Assembly: GCA_036149055.1 (NCBI GenBank)
Contig: JAYZQJ010000017.1
Span: 1-64,000 of the forward strand
Source: Myxococcota bacterium
GTDB taxonomy: Bacteria > Myxococcota_A > Polyangia > Polyangiales > Sandaracinaceae
Direction of reading: 5' to 3'
DNA: 64,000 nt
Shown: one piece after another, positions 50,347-59,605 of the stretch
Layout of the letters: every line of letters begins with the position of its first letter
Position numbering within the stretch: position 1 is the first letter of the stretch
Notes under the pieces: model-generated
The model's database searches: none
What the model was told of the DNA's origin: nothing
What the model saw: the letters and a program-made list of their open reading frames with translations, nothing else
Translations under genes and position numbers: made by a program

Positions 50347-51207
50347 ATGAGCCGACACTCGATCATCGCAACCCTCATCACCCTCGGCGCGCTCGCGACC
50401 GGATGCACGGCCGAGAGCCGCGGCGAGCCCTCGCGAGACGAGGCCCGCGCGCTCGCCTCCAGCGGGAAGGCCGACGGGAGCGATCTCTGCGCGCTCCACG
50501 GCTGGTACGACGACGCCGTCTGCGACGAGTTCTGCGAGCGCCCCGACCCGGACTGCGAGGGCAGCTGCGCGGTCGATGACGACTGCCCCCAGCCGATGTG
50601 CGCGCCGGGCGGCCCCTGCCCCCGCTCGCGCTGCGTCGAGGGCGCGTGTGGCGTGGAGCTCGTGACCGAGGAGCGCTGCGCCGAAGGCAGCCGCGCCTGC
50701 GAGACCTGCGGGGGCGCCTACGTCTGCGCGCCGGACGGCATCTCGTGCCCGCTCGTCCGCTGCGACGAGCCCCTCGACGGAGGGTGCGCGCCCGGCGAGC
50801 AGCGCTGCGACGGCTGCTTCGGAGACGTGCTCTGCGCGCCCGCCGAGGTCTCGTGCCCGCTCGTGACCTGCGTCGGCCCCGGCCCCGAGTGCGCCGAGGG
50901 CGAGCGCGAGTGCGCCAGCTGCGACGGCGAGCTCGTCTGCGTCGGGCCCGACGGCCGGTGCCCCACCCCCGCCGAGTGCGAGGCGAGCGCGGCGTGCCCG
51001 GACGGTCAGCGCGCCTGCGAGACCTGCGGCGGGAGCTTCGTCTGCGCGCCGGCCGCGGTGTCCTGCCCGCTGGTCCTCTGCGACGAGTCGGTCTGTCAGG
51101 ACAGCTGCGCCTACGCCGGGGACGGCGAGTGTGACGACGGCGGGCCCGACTCGGACTACTCGCTCTGCCCGCTCGGCACCGACTGCGCCGACTGCGGCCC
51201 GCGCTGA
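50347..51207 (+). CDS. Cys-rich repeat lipoprotein (GKAD motif)
   Basis: SD GGAGG; lipobox ATGC; SSGKADG; four CxxGxRxCxxCxGxxxC..CP repeats; C-terminal DGECDDGG..GTDCADCG. Confidence 0.8.
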   Translation: MSRHSIIATLITLGALATGCTAESRGEPSRDEARALASSGKADGSDLCALHGWYDDAVCDEFCERPDPDCEGSCAVDDDCPQPMCAPGGPCPRSRCVEGACGVELVTEERCAEGSRACETCGGAYVCAPDGISCPLVRCDEPLDGGCAPGEQRCDGCFGDVLCAPAEVSCPLVTCVGPGPECAEGERECASCDGELVCVGPDGRCPTPAECEASAACPDGQRACETCGGSFVCAPAAVSCPLVLCDESVCQDSCAYAGDGECDDGGPDSDYSLCPLGTDCADCGPR

Positions 51208-51229
51208 GCCCTGGGGCCTTCCGCCGCCG

Positions 51230-52621
51230 TCAGTTGGGGGTGGCAGCGCCGGGCCGGCCGCAGCAGCGCTTGAACTTGGCGCCGCTCCCGCACTCGCACG
51301 GATCGTTGCGCCCGGGGCGCGCCTTGGCGGTGACCGGCCGGGGCGCGCCGTGCTCCTGGCGCTCGAGCTCGAGCGTCGCGATGACGGCGCGCGCGTCGTA
51401 GGGGCGCCGGATCGCGTCCACCAGCACCTGGGGGAGATAGAGGTCGGTCGGCTCGCAGCTCGCGAGCCAGGGCAGCGCGCAGGCCACGTCCACGAGCCGC
51501 TCGGGCTGCAGCACGGCGCTCGTGTCCTGCGCGGAGAGCGAGCGCGCCAGATCGCGGGGTGCGTCCTCGCGGCGCTCGTAGCGAAACTCCTCCGGCAGGT
51601 GCTCGGCCACGTGCACCATCACCTCCTGCGACGCCTGCGCGTGGGCCTCCTCCAGCTCCTCCGGCGCATCGGCCAGCAGCTTGGTCAGCTCTCGCAGGAT
51701 GCCGTCCATCGCCTGGAGGTACTCGCGATCCATCTCGACGTACGCGCGCCTGGCGCGCAGGAGCTTGAACGCCTCGCCCCGGGCCTTGGCGCTGTGCAGC
51801 CCCACCGCGGCGGTCGCCAGGAAGCCGTCCGCCAGCCCGAAGAACGTCACCGGATCGCGGAGCCGCGCCTTGAGCCCCGGCAGCTGCGCCTTGCCGACGC
51901 GCGCGGTCGACCACAGCGCGCGGTAGACCACGGCGCCCACCCCGCTCGAGACGCCCGGCCACGACCAGGTGAAGCTGCCGTCGGCGAGCACCCGGGCGAG
52001 CATCTCGCGGCTCGACTGGCTGAGCGCGGCGAGCACGTAGAGGTGCGAGCACGCCCAGAGATCGGACCAGTACCGCCGGAGCGCGCGCTCGTGCTTTCGC
52101 TTGGGCCGCGTCACCCCCACGAGGCGCCGCTTGGCGAGCAGCACGTCCGAGCTGACGTCGACGCACGCCCGCAGGAGCGAGTCCCCGAGGAGCGGCTCCC
52201 ACCGGGCGATGTCCTCGAGCTGCTCCCGGCTGAGGTAGGGCCCGGCCTCGTAGAGCTGGTTGAACTTCTGGCGGAGCAGCCCCTCGTTCTCGGCGCAGTA
52301 CTCCAGCTGCGCGATCATCTCGCGAGCCCGCTCGACGTCGCGCGCCGCCGCGTCCAGCTGCGCCCGCGTCACCACCGGCAGATCCACCCGCATCCCGCGC
52401 GCGAGGCAGGTGACGAAGCGCCCCTCGCGCGTGACGATCACATACGGCCCCTCGACCGGGTCCACGAGCGCGAGCGCCACCCGCTCCGCGCCCTCCGGCA
52501 GCTTGGCTCGCTGCAAGGTCGCCCCGAGCAGCGCCGGGTCGTTGTAGAGCCGCAGCGCGAGCTCGACCTGCGGATCGGCCAACCGATCCAGACGCCGGAG
52601 AAAGTGCGCCGCGTGCCCCAC
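51230..52621 (-). CDS. SEC-C motif domain protein
   Basis: C-terminal PGRNDPCECGSGAKFKRCC; start VGHAAHFLRRLDRL. Confidence 0.8.
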   Translation of the reverse strand: MGHAAHFLRRLDRLADPQVELALRLYNDPALLGATLQRAKLPEGAERVALALVDPVEGPYVIVTREGRFVTCLARGMRVDLPVVTRAQLDAAARDVERAREMIAQLEYCAENEGLLRQKFNQLYEAGPYLSREQLEDIARWEPLLGDSLLRACVDVSSDVLLAKRRLVGVTRPKRKHERALRRYWSDLWACSHLYVLAALSQSSREMLARVLADGSFTWSWPGVSSGVGAVVYRALWSTARVGKAQLPGLKARLRDPVTFFGLADGFLATAAVGLHSAKARGEAFKLLRARRAYVEMDREYLQAMDGILRELTKLLADAPEELEEAHAQASQEVMVHVAEHLPEEFRYERREDAPRDLARSLSAQDTSAVLQPERLVDVACALPWLASCEPTDLYLPQVLVDAIRRPYDARAVIATLELERQEHGAPRPVTAKARPGRNDPCECGSGAKFKRCCGRPGAATPN

Positions 52622-52691
52622 GCTACATAGCTTGACGGAACACGCGGCGGATTCCAAGTCAGCTCGGACGCAGCCCATCCAGTCCGCCGGC

Positions 52692-53849
52692 TCAGTGGAG
52701 CAGCGCGCGAAGCGCCAGAAGACCGGCCGCCGCGACGAGCAGCGCGACGAGCGTGCAGACCTCGGGCGCCTGCGAATGCCGGCGGGACGGCACGTAGCCC
52801 GGCTGCTCCCGGAGCGTGGCGACCCGCTCGCGCAGCGCCCGATGGCCGCCGCCCGTGGCCTCGTGCACCTGGGCGAGGTTGTAGTGGTAGAGACGGATGA
52901 GCGCGCTCGCGTAGGTCGACTCGTCGTGTTCGAAGCCCGCCGCGTCCGACCGATCCTCGCTGCGGCGCCAGTACAGCGCGAGCCCCACCCGCAGGACCAT
53001 CGCCAGCAGGGCGATGGGCACGAACGTCGTCATCGCGTCGTGCAAGGACGGCTCGCGAGCCAGGTAGCCTGCGAGCGCGGCCAGTCCCAGCTTCCCGTAC
53101 AGCGGGGTCAACCTGGAGAGGCGCATGGGCCCGCGCTCTCCGAGGTGCTCGAGCTCGTGCGCCACCACGGCGCGCAGCTCCGACTCGTCCAGGGCGAGCA
53201 GCGCCCCACGCGTAACCGCGACGCTCCTCGCGAAGGGCAGCGCGAACGCGTTCGCGAGGCTCTCGTCCACCACGTACACGCCATAGACCCGCACCTTCAG
53301 CTCATGAGCGAGCGCGCGGGTCGACCGGTCCAGCTCGCTCGGCGCGCCGCGGAGGTACCCCACCGCGACGAGCCACCGCGGCGCGAAGCGCTGGTAGACG
53401 GTCGCCGCGATCAGCGCGGCGCACAGCATCGTGAGCGGCTCGGCCCACTCCGACGCGACGAGTAGCAGGGTGCTCACCCAGAGGAGGCGAACGGGCAACT
53501 CCGCCATGAGCCGACGCGCCGCCTGACCGCGCGTGACCTCCAGCGGGAAGTCCATGGCGGCCATGATCTCCCGCCCGAGCAGGCGCGCCGCGAGCCGCTG
53601 ACCGACGAGAGTGGCGAGGTAGAACGTCAGCGCCCAGCCGAGCCCGCCGAGCCACCAGCCCATCGCCAGGGCGACCGGTCCAGCCGCCGCTCCGTACACG
53701 GCGGCGTGCCGCAACGGCGTGACCCGCCGAGCCCGCTCTCCCCAGAACAGCTCTCGCCGCGGAGGCCGCAGGAGCCGATACACGTACGCCGGGACGACGA
53801 TCGCCGACGCGGTCGCCGAGAGACACCACGCAGCCAGCCAGAACAGCAC
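52692..53849 (-). CDS. M48 (HtpX/Ste24-like) membrane metalloprotease
   Basis: ANAFA, VTRGAL..ELRAVVAHELEH, EDRSD, YASALIRL; multiple TM. Confidence 0.8.
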   Translation of the reverse strand: MLFWLAAWCLSATASAIVVPAYVYRLLRPPRRELFWGERARRVTPLRHAAVYGAAAGPVALAMGWWLGGLGWALTFYLATLVGQRLAARLLGREIMAAMDFPLEVTRGQAARRLMAELPVRLLWVSTLLLVASEWAEPLTMLCAALIAATVYQRFAPRWLVAVGYLRGAPSELDRSTRALAHELKVRVYGVYVVDESLANAFALPFARSVAVTRGALLALDESELRAVVAHELEHLGERGPMRLSRLTPLYGKLGLAALAGYLAREPSLHDAMTTFVPIALLAMVLRVGLALYWRRSEDRSDAAGFEHDESTYASALIRLYHYNLAQVHEATGGGHRALRERVATLREQPGYVPSRRHSQAPEVCTLVALLVAAAGLLALRALLH

Positions 53850-54060
53850 CGCCCGAAGCTACCGCCGGTCGCGAGAACAACGCAACACTCGTTTCGCGCC
53901 GCCGACCACAGGGGCGGAGCTCGGCGTGAGTCAGGCCATCCTCGGCCGCTCCCGGTCGCCGGCGAGCCCCCGTTCGATCCCCGTCGCCGCCCGCGCAGCC
54001 ACCGGCCGCGATACGCCCTGACCGACCGGAGTCACCTGCGCTCGGTGCTATGCTTCCGGG

Positions 54061-54243
54061 GTGAGCGCGCCCGATACCGATGGAGACGTCACTCCGAGCG
54101 CTGCCGACAGGCTCCGCGAGCAGGCGCGTCGGTTCGACGCGATGATCGAGCGCTGGGAGGCCGAAGACGTCGAGGACGAGCCGGACTGGAGCGTCGAGGA
54201 CGTCGGACCGCTGAACCTCCGAACGGTCCGTGACGAGACGTGA
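54061..54243 (+). CDS. Small acidic protein, putative antitoxin
   Basis: 60 aa; stop overlaps (GTGA) a PIN-like ORF start; TGC-TATGCT 6 nt upstream. Confidence 0.55.
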   Translation: MSAPDTDGDVTPSAADRLREQARRFDAMIERWEAEDVEDEPDWSVEDVGPLNLRTVRDET

Positions 54244-54341
54244 AGCTCATCCTCGACACCAGTCCGCTGAGGCAGCTGGTCACCCTGCGCAAGGCAGCGC
54301 TCTGTGACGTAGTGAAGCTCGGCGTGTCGGCGCACGGCTGA
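54240..54341 (+). pseudogene. Truncated PIN/VapC-like toxin remnant
   Basis: VKLILDTSPL matches the PIN N-terminal hhhDTS motif; stops after 33 codons. Confidence 0.55.
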
Positions 54342-54422
54342 GGGGCACCCTGCTCCGCCGACGCGGAGCGTTCCGGGGGACTCACTGCTCGATACAGGCG
54401 ACGAGCGGTCGAGTCGGTCATC

Positions 54423-55012
54423 TCACCGGCTCTGCCGCGCCCGCTCGAGGAGCGCCAACACCTCGCGGTAGCCTTCGGTCTCTGCGATCTCGAAGAGCGT
54501 GAGCCCCTCGGCGTCCTTCGCGAAGAGGTCGGCGCCGCGTTCGAGGAGACACGCCACGTTCTCCGGGTTGTCTCCGCCCACCGCCCACCCGAGGGGCGTC
54601 AGGCCTGCCATGGAGTCCTTGCCGGGCTCCACGGCGGCGCCCGCCTCGACGAGTAGCTCGATGCAGCGCCGGTCGTCGGGCCACTCGGCGGCGCAGTGCA
54701 GCGGGGTCTTGCCGTCGTACTGGACGCGGTTGGGGTCTGCGCCGTAGCTGAGGAGGAGCGCGAGCGCCTCGGCTTTCCCTCTGACGCGACGTGAATGGCG
54801 GCGTAGTCGCCCGCCGGGTCGACCACCGCGCCCGCCGCGAGCAACGCCTCCGCGACACGCAGGGAGCCGCACGCGACGGCGAGGAAGAGAGGCGGCGGCC
54901 CGCCGGGCAGGTCGCGGTTGGCGAGCTCGGGCCCATGGACGTTCAGCAGGCGTTGCACCTCGGTGACGTCATCGGTCCGGATCGAGGCCTCGATCCCGGC
55001 AGCATCCGTCAT
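54423..55012 (-). pseudogene. Ankyrin repeat protein split by a frameshift near 54775
   Basis: 5' frame PPLFLAVACGSLRVAEALLAAGA..AIHVA; 3' frame GKAEALALLLSYGADPN..TPLHCAA..TPLGWAV. Confidence 0.75.
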
Positions 55013-55055
55013 GCTCGTACCATCGCCCCAAACTACGCAGGGATCGAGAGGCGCG

Positions 55056-55604
55056 TCAGACCCAGCCGCAGAACCCGGGCGCGTCGTGGAGATGAAACGC
55101 GTCATTGTCGAGCACGTCGTCCAGCGGCACGCCCAGCGCGTCGGACATCTGGAGGACGGCGCCCTCGGGGTCCGCCGCGATGTCGGCTCGCGCCGGCAGC
55201 GCCACGCCGAACGGCTCCGCGTCACCGAAGAAGTGCACCACCTCCCCGTGGGCGCCACTGCAGAAGCCCGCGGTCTGCTCCCCTCGGGACGAGGCGAGCG
55301 CGACCCCGTGCTCCCCGCCGGCGCCGGAGAGGAGAAAGTACCGCGGGCGCCCACCGCCGGCCGCGGCGAAGTCGGCCCACGCCTGCGGCGAGCCCTCGCC
55401 TACCTGGACGCCGAGCAACGACGCGCCGGTGATCACGTAGCTGGTCTCCCCGCGCGTCGCGACGCCGATCCGGCCTGGCCGCACGCGGCCGAACACCAGC
55501 TCCCGGTGCCGCCGCACGTCCGTCGACGGCTCGAGGGCTCTCTCCCCCAACCGCTCCGCGAGCGCCCGCGCCTCGATCACCAGCATCGACAGGTTCCAGC
55601 CCAT
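55056..55604 (-). CDS. Hypothetical protein
   Basis: Start MGWNLSMLVIE; 182 aa, co-oriented with neighbours. Confidence 0.55.
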   Translation of the reverse strand: MGWNLSMLVIEARALAERLGERALEPSTDVRRHRELVFGRVRPGRIGVATRGETSYVITGASLLGVQVGEGSPQAWADFAAAGGGRPRYFLLSGAGGEHGVALASSRGEQTAGFCSGAHGEVVHFFGDAEPFGVALPARADIAADPEGAVLQMSDALGVPLDDVLDNDAFHLHDAPGFCGWV

Positions 55605-55719
55605 CGAAGCACGATGCAGCGTAAGCCCCGCGGACAGCAAGCGGCCAGGTCTCGATACGCCCGGTCCGGTCTGGGTGGCCGCCCGTCGTCGTCCTGAATG
55701 GCAGTGTCAGCGGTGGGCG

Positions 55720-56586
55720 CTACTCGAGCTCGTCGACGACGCGCAGCCCGGGCTCGCGGGTGAACCCGTCGGCGGTCCGGCGACCGTGCAGCTCGAAGCG
55801 GGAGGTCACGCCGTCGCAGTCGAGGTCACCCTCTGCGCGGAGCACGAACGCGTCCCCGTCGACCTCGATCGAGTAGGCGTAGCGGACGGGATCCGCGAAG
55901 CCGATCCCGAGCGCCGCGAACGCGGGCGGCGCCGAGGCGGGCCACGCCAGGGTCTCACCGCACGGGATCGTCGCCGGCGTGCGCGGCGCGGCGCTCGGGA
56001 AGGTGCCGGTCCCCGTGACCTGCGTGTAGATCGCCTCGAGGTTCTGGCGCGCCTCCTCCGGCAGGCGCCGCTGCACGACGATCGGCGCGAATCGGAGCGC
56101 GATCCATCCCAGAAACACGGTGCGCGCGAGCCCCGGCTGGTAGCCCTCGACCGACAGCTCGAGGCGGTGCTCGCCGTACCGAAAGTGCCCCGCCTCGTCG
56201 ATCGAGATTCTCCGCCCGTCGAGCTCGAGCTGGCCGTCGACGAAGTGCATCGGCGCATCGTCTCCCGAGGACAGGATGACGCGGCCCTCCGAGGTCACCG
56301 ACAAGAGCGGATCCCCCTCGTGGTCGACGACCTGGCTGTCGCCGCGAAGGGTCGCCGCGTGCTCGCCTCCCTCGAGGGTGATCCGGCCGTCCGTGCCCAG
56401 CGCCCCGAGCGGCTCCCCGTTCTCGAGGTAACGCAGCGCGGGGTAGGAGCTCGTCTGCCCTGCGGCCGACGGGCCGTCGGACGCGGCGCCGCCTCCAGGC
56501 GCCGAGGTCGCGTCACCTGCCGGCGGAGAGGAGGTCGCGCCGCACGCGCACAACAGGACCGCGAGCGAGATCGAGGCTCTACGCAT
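55720..56586 (-). CDS. Lipoprotein with C-terminal pilin-like globular domain
   Basis: Lipobox LCAC; EARQNLEAIY..FAALGIGFADPVRYAYSI..AEGDLDCDG. Confidence 0.65.
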   Translation of the reverse strand: MRRASISLAVLLCACGATSSPPAGDATSAPGGGAASDGPSAAGQTSSYPALRYLENGEPLGALGTDGRITLEGGEHAATLRGDSQVVDHEGDPLLSVTSEGRVILSSGDDAPMHFVDGQLELDGRRISIDEAGHFRYGEHRLELSVEGYQPGLARTVFLGWIALRFAPIVVQRRLPEEARQNLEAIYTQVTGTGTFPSAAPRTPATIPCGETLAWPASAPPAFAALGIGFADPVRYAYSIEVDGDAFVLRAEGDLDCDGVTSRFELHGRRTADGFTREPGLRVVDELE

Positions 56587-56675
56587 CCCGCGGTGTAACA
56601 GCTCTCGGCGCCCGGCCGCCACCAGCACTCGCCCCGCACGTTCCGCCGAACTCTCGCTGAGCCCTGACGATCGGA

Positions 56676-56936
56676 TCATCCATCTGCCCCGTGAGCTTCC
56701 TTCGAGCTCCCATGGGTTGGCGCAACTGCGACAAGCAGACTGACGAGACCAGCAAACAGAACCATAGGCGCTAGACAGTAGGCAAAGGCGAGTGCGACCA
56801 GCGTGGTCGTCGAGACGACGCCAGATGGAGCATCGTCTGCGACGCCTGCTGCCCCCTCGAAAACGGCGTATGCGGTCACAAAGAGAAGGGTAGCAACCCC
56901 CGCCGCCCCAGCCCTGCGATGCAAAGCTCTACTCAT
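56676..56936 (-). CDS. Small two-TM protein
   Basis: 86 aa, two hydrophobic segments, 15 nt after the upstream stop; atypical codon usage. Confidence 0.45.
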   Translation of the reverse strand: MSRALHRRAGAAGVATLLFVTAYAVFEGAAGVADDAPSGVVSTTTLVALAFAYCLAPMVLFAGLVSLLVAVAPTHGSSKEAHGADG

Positions 56937-56951
56937 TCGACTGGCCCACTA

Positions 56952-57272
56952 TCACTCTACGCCGAGGGCGGTAATCTCGCCCTCTCCTATGACTCCTGAC
57001 TCCCAGAGCGTGAATCGCATTCCGACCCTGACGTGTGCGAGCACCTCGTTCGAAGACAAGAACACGAGAGGCACATCAGAAGCGGTTTCACCCGGGAAGA
57101 GCGTCCGCTCATTGCGGCTCAACAAGAGACGACAGTCATAGCCGTGTGCAGAGAGTGCTGGCGAATCCTGGAAGAAGACCGGACATGCGTAGTCCCCTCC
57201 GTTGCCAATCGGATGCTGCTTTCCACCCTGCTCCGGAGCCATCAGGCAAACTCTTGCTGTGACATACTTCAT
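56952..57272 (-). CDS. Stand-alone EF-Tu domain III-like protein
   Basis: ARVCLMAPEQGGKQHP..Y..P..F / FPGE / GMRFTLWESGVIGEGEIT parallels EF-Tu domain III (EVYILSKDEGGRHTP..GY.PQF / MPGD / GLRFAIREGGRTVGAGVV). Confidence 0.7.
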   Translation of the reverse strand: MKYVTARVCLMAPEQGGKQHPIGNGGDYACPVFFQDSPALSAHGYDCRLLLSRNERTLFPGETASDVPLVFLSSNEVLAHVRVGMRFTLWESGVIGEGEITALGVE

Positions 57273-57374
57273 CTTCGCCTCAATGGCACCGGAGAGCTAG
57301 CTAGTATGGCCGCGGACCAGGAGCACCCAGGGCGGTTGCGCTGCGACTCGCGGCGGAGGCTGGCGTGCAACGAA

Positions 57375-57698
57375 CTAGGCGAACAGTGCTCGGTAGTGTT
57401 CCTGCTGCGACCCGACGAGAGACGGAACGGGCAGCCTGCACAGTCGGCGCAAGGTCTCGCCGTCGAGCTCCCACCATTCTTTCAGCTCACAGAGCGCGTT
57501 CAACTGCGCCTCCTGACATTCGACATCGTCCTCGCCGAGTCGCAGGGCCACCAGCAATCGTGTCACCAGAACCACCTGAGATGAGGTCAGAGCGCGCGCG
57601 AGGTCGGTGATCTCGTCGGCGCCCCTCGAGCGCTCCCGACTCGCCGGGGAGAGCATCGCGCGAACAGTTTCCAAGAGCTCCTCACTGGCGACGGGCAC
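57375..57698 (-). CDS. Small helical hypothetical protein
   Basis: SD AGGAGG before GTG 57698; 107 aa. Confidence 0.6.
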   Translation of the reverse strand: MPVASEELLETVRAMLSPASRERSRGADEITDLARALTSSQVVLVTRLLVALRLGEDDVECQEAQLNALCELKEWWELDGETLRRLCRLPVPSLVGSQQEHYRALFA

Positions 57699-59367
57699 CG
57701 TTCTCCTCCTGGCCACGGCTGTCATTGGCGTTTGCGGATGCCGCAGCGTGGTGCGGGCTGCGCGGATTGCGAAACCGAGCTCCGCGTGCACCCGGGGGTT
57801 CCTCGCGCGTGCGACTCGGCTGGAGCGGCTCGACGGGGACTCGGCCCCAGAACCAGCGGCGCGCGTCGCGCTCGCCGCAGGGTCCAGGAACGGCGCGACG
57901 GACGAGCGCGCTTCCGTCCGACGCGAGCAGGAACGTGTCGCGCACGTCCGCTCGAACGCAGCGCTCGGACACCGTCCGCCGGAGCTCCCCGCCGCCGACC
58001 TCCGAAGGTCGCAGGCAGCCGGCCGGGCGGTCGCGGGGGATCGTGCGCCAGTCGCCGAGGCCGGCGTCCCAGCTGAGCGCTCGATCGGCCCAGACCAGCT
58101 GAGCCCAGAAGTCCTCCCCGTCCCCGCCCGCTTCGATGGTGTCCGCGCCACGCCGGGACCACCCGCGCGGGTCGGTCTCCTCCAGGAGAAGACGGTCCAT
58201 CGGATCGAGGGCCGCGAGGTGCCCGTCGAGCGACGCGTCGGTGAGCGGCTCCAGCGTCCACGCGCGCGTCCCGTTCGCTCCGACCGGTCGCGCCACCGCC
58301 AGGCTCCGGACCGGGTCGTCGGCGTCCGTCCGGTCTGCCGTCGCGTCACCGCAGCGCAGCAGGATCCACGCGCTGCGCAGCCCGATGAAGCGCACCTCGC
58401 ATCGACCGGAGCCGAGCTGGACGGTCGACACTCCGCGGGTCTCGACGATGCGAAGCGACTCGCGGTCCCCGAGCACGCGCTCCCCTAGCACCAGGCCCCA
58501 CTCGCGCGCCCAGCCTCGGCCGGCGGCCACTCGCTCTGCGACCCCACTCGCCGGGTGAAGGAGCAAGAGCGACCGAGGAGGGCCCTGGCAGCGGCGCAGC
58601 CCGCCGCACGAGTAGAGGATACTCGAGGCCTCTTGATGGGGAAGCTCGGCGAGCGTCCTCTCCGCAGCGCGATCGGCCAGGATGTCCGCGACGACCCAGT
58701 CACCGACGAAGCGAACGCGGCTGATGAAGCCCTCGACCGGGATCGGCTCCGACGCACGCCGGGTCTCGGGCTCCCACACCCTCAGCGTGTGGCGGTCGGG
58801 GGTGAACGCGAGCCGTCCGCGAGGCCCGACCGAGGCCGCGTCGTACCCCGACCACAGGGCGCCGTGCGCCAGGACGGGGAGCGGCGTGGGCGCGGCACCG
58901 ATGACCTCCGAGCGATCCTCGGACGCGTCCAGTCCGATGAGAGCGCCGCCCTCGACATAGTAGAGGTAGCGGCCGTCCGCGCTGCTACCCACGAGCACGT
59001 CGATCCGTCGCCCGGGCCCGACGCCGCGCACCAGATACGTGCCGAGCTCGTCACCGACCAGCTCCGCGGTGTGCCCGTTCGAGTACCAGCCGACGTGCAC
59101 CCGCCCGTCGCCATCGGTGTCCTCTCGCGCCTCTCGCATGACCGCCCACCGAAGGTCCAGCGACGCAGCCACCGGCGCCCCATCCCCAGCGCCGACCGGC
59201 GCCTCCCTCGGCTCGACCGCGTCGGACGAGACGCAGGCCGAGGTCCCCGGGCTCGCGACCCCCGGCGCCCCCACGCTCGCGCAGCCGGACCACAGGAGGA
59301 CGAGCCCGAAGATCGGCGTTCGACGGACGCCCCTCGCCCGAGCGCTCGCTCGGGCCATCAGGAGCAT
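57682..59367 (-). CDS. Putative lipoprotein, beta-rich (propeller-like)
   Basis: FGLVLLWSGC lipobox-like; AREDTDGDG; SADGRYL; start uncertain. Confidence 0.55.
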   Translation of the reverse strand: MLLMARASARARGVRRTPIFGLVLLWSGCASVGAPGVASPGTSACVSSDAVEPREAPVGAGDGAPVAASLDLRWAVMREAREDTDGDGRVHVGWYSNGHTAELVGDELGTYLVRGVGPGRRIDVLVGSSADGRYLYYVEGGALIGLDASEDRSEVIGAAPTPLPVLAHGALWSGYDAASVGPRGRLAFTPDRHTLRVWEPETRRASEPIPVEGFISRVRFVGDWVVADILADRAAERTLAELPHQEASSILYSCGGLRRCQGPPRSLLLLHPASGVAERVAAGRGWAREWGLVLGERVLGDRESLRIVETRGVSTVQLGSGRCEVRFIGLRSAWILLRCGDATADRTDADDPVRSLAVARPVGANGTRAWTLEPLTDASLDGHLAALDPMDRLLLEETDPRGWSRRGADTIEAGGDGEDFWAQLVWADRALSWDAGLGDWRTIPRDRPAGCLRPSEVGGGELRRTVSERCVRADVRDTFLLASDGSALVRRAVPGPCGERDARRWFWGRVPVEPLQPSRTREEPPGARGARFRNPRSPHHAAASANANDSRGQEENGARRQ

Positions 59368-59374
59368 CGGCCCG

Positions 59375-59605
59375 TCACTCGAAGTCCCACGGGATCTTCT
59401 CGCGGAAGACCGCGAGGGCCTGCTCCAGCAGCTCGAAGTCGAGCGACGCGAACTGGGAGACCGTGCGCGTCCTGGCGGTGTCGTCGCGGAAGATCTCGAG
59501 CACGAGCTCGCCGTCGGCGTAGATCTCCACCCCGATGCCGTCGCGACCGCTGACGTCGCTCGCGACGAGGCAGTCTTCGATCGGCGGGTAGCTCGCGTCA
59601 CCCAT
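59375..59605 (-). CDS. Small acidic protein, immunity-like
   Basis: 76 aa; ASDVSGRDGIGVEIY..LEIFRDD; AGGA upstream. Confidence 0.6.
   Translation of the reverse strand: MGDASYPPIEDCLVASDVSGRDGIGVEIYADGELVLEIFRDDTARTRTVSQFASLDFELLEQALAVFREKIPWDFE

Noticed and set aside
56952..57272. tuf pseudogene
   Set aside because: No domain I/II remnants upstream; highly divergent yet intact ORF with atypical codon usage
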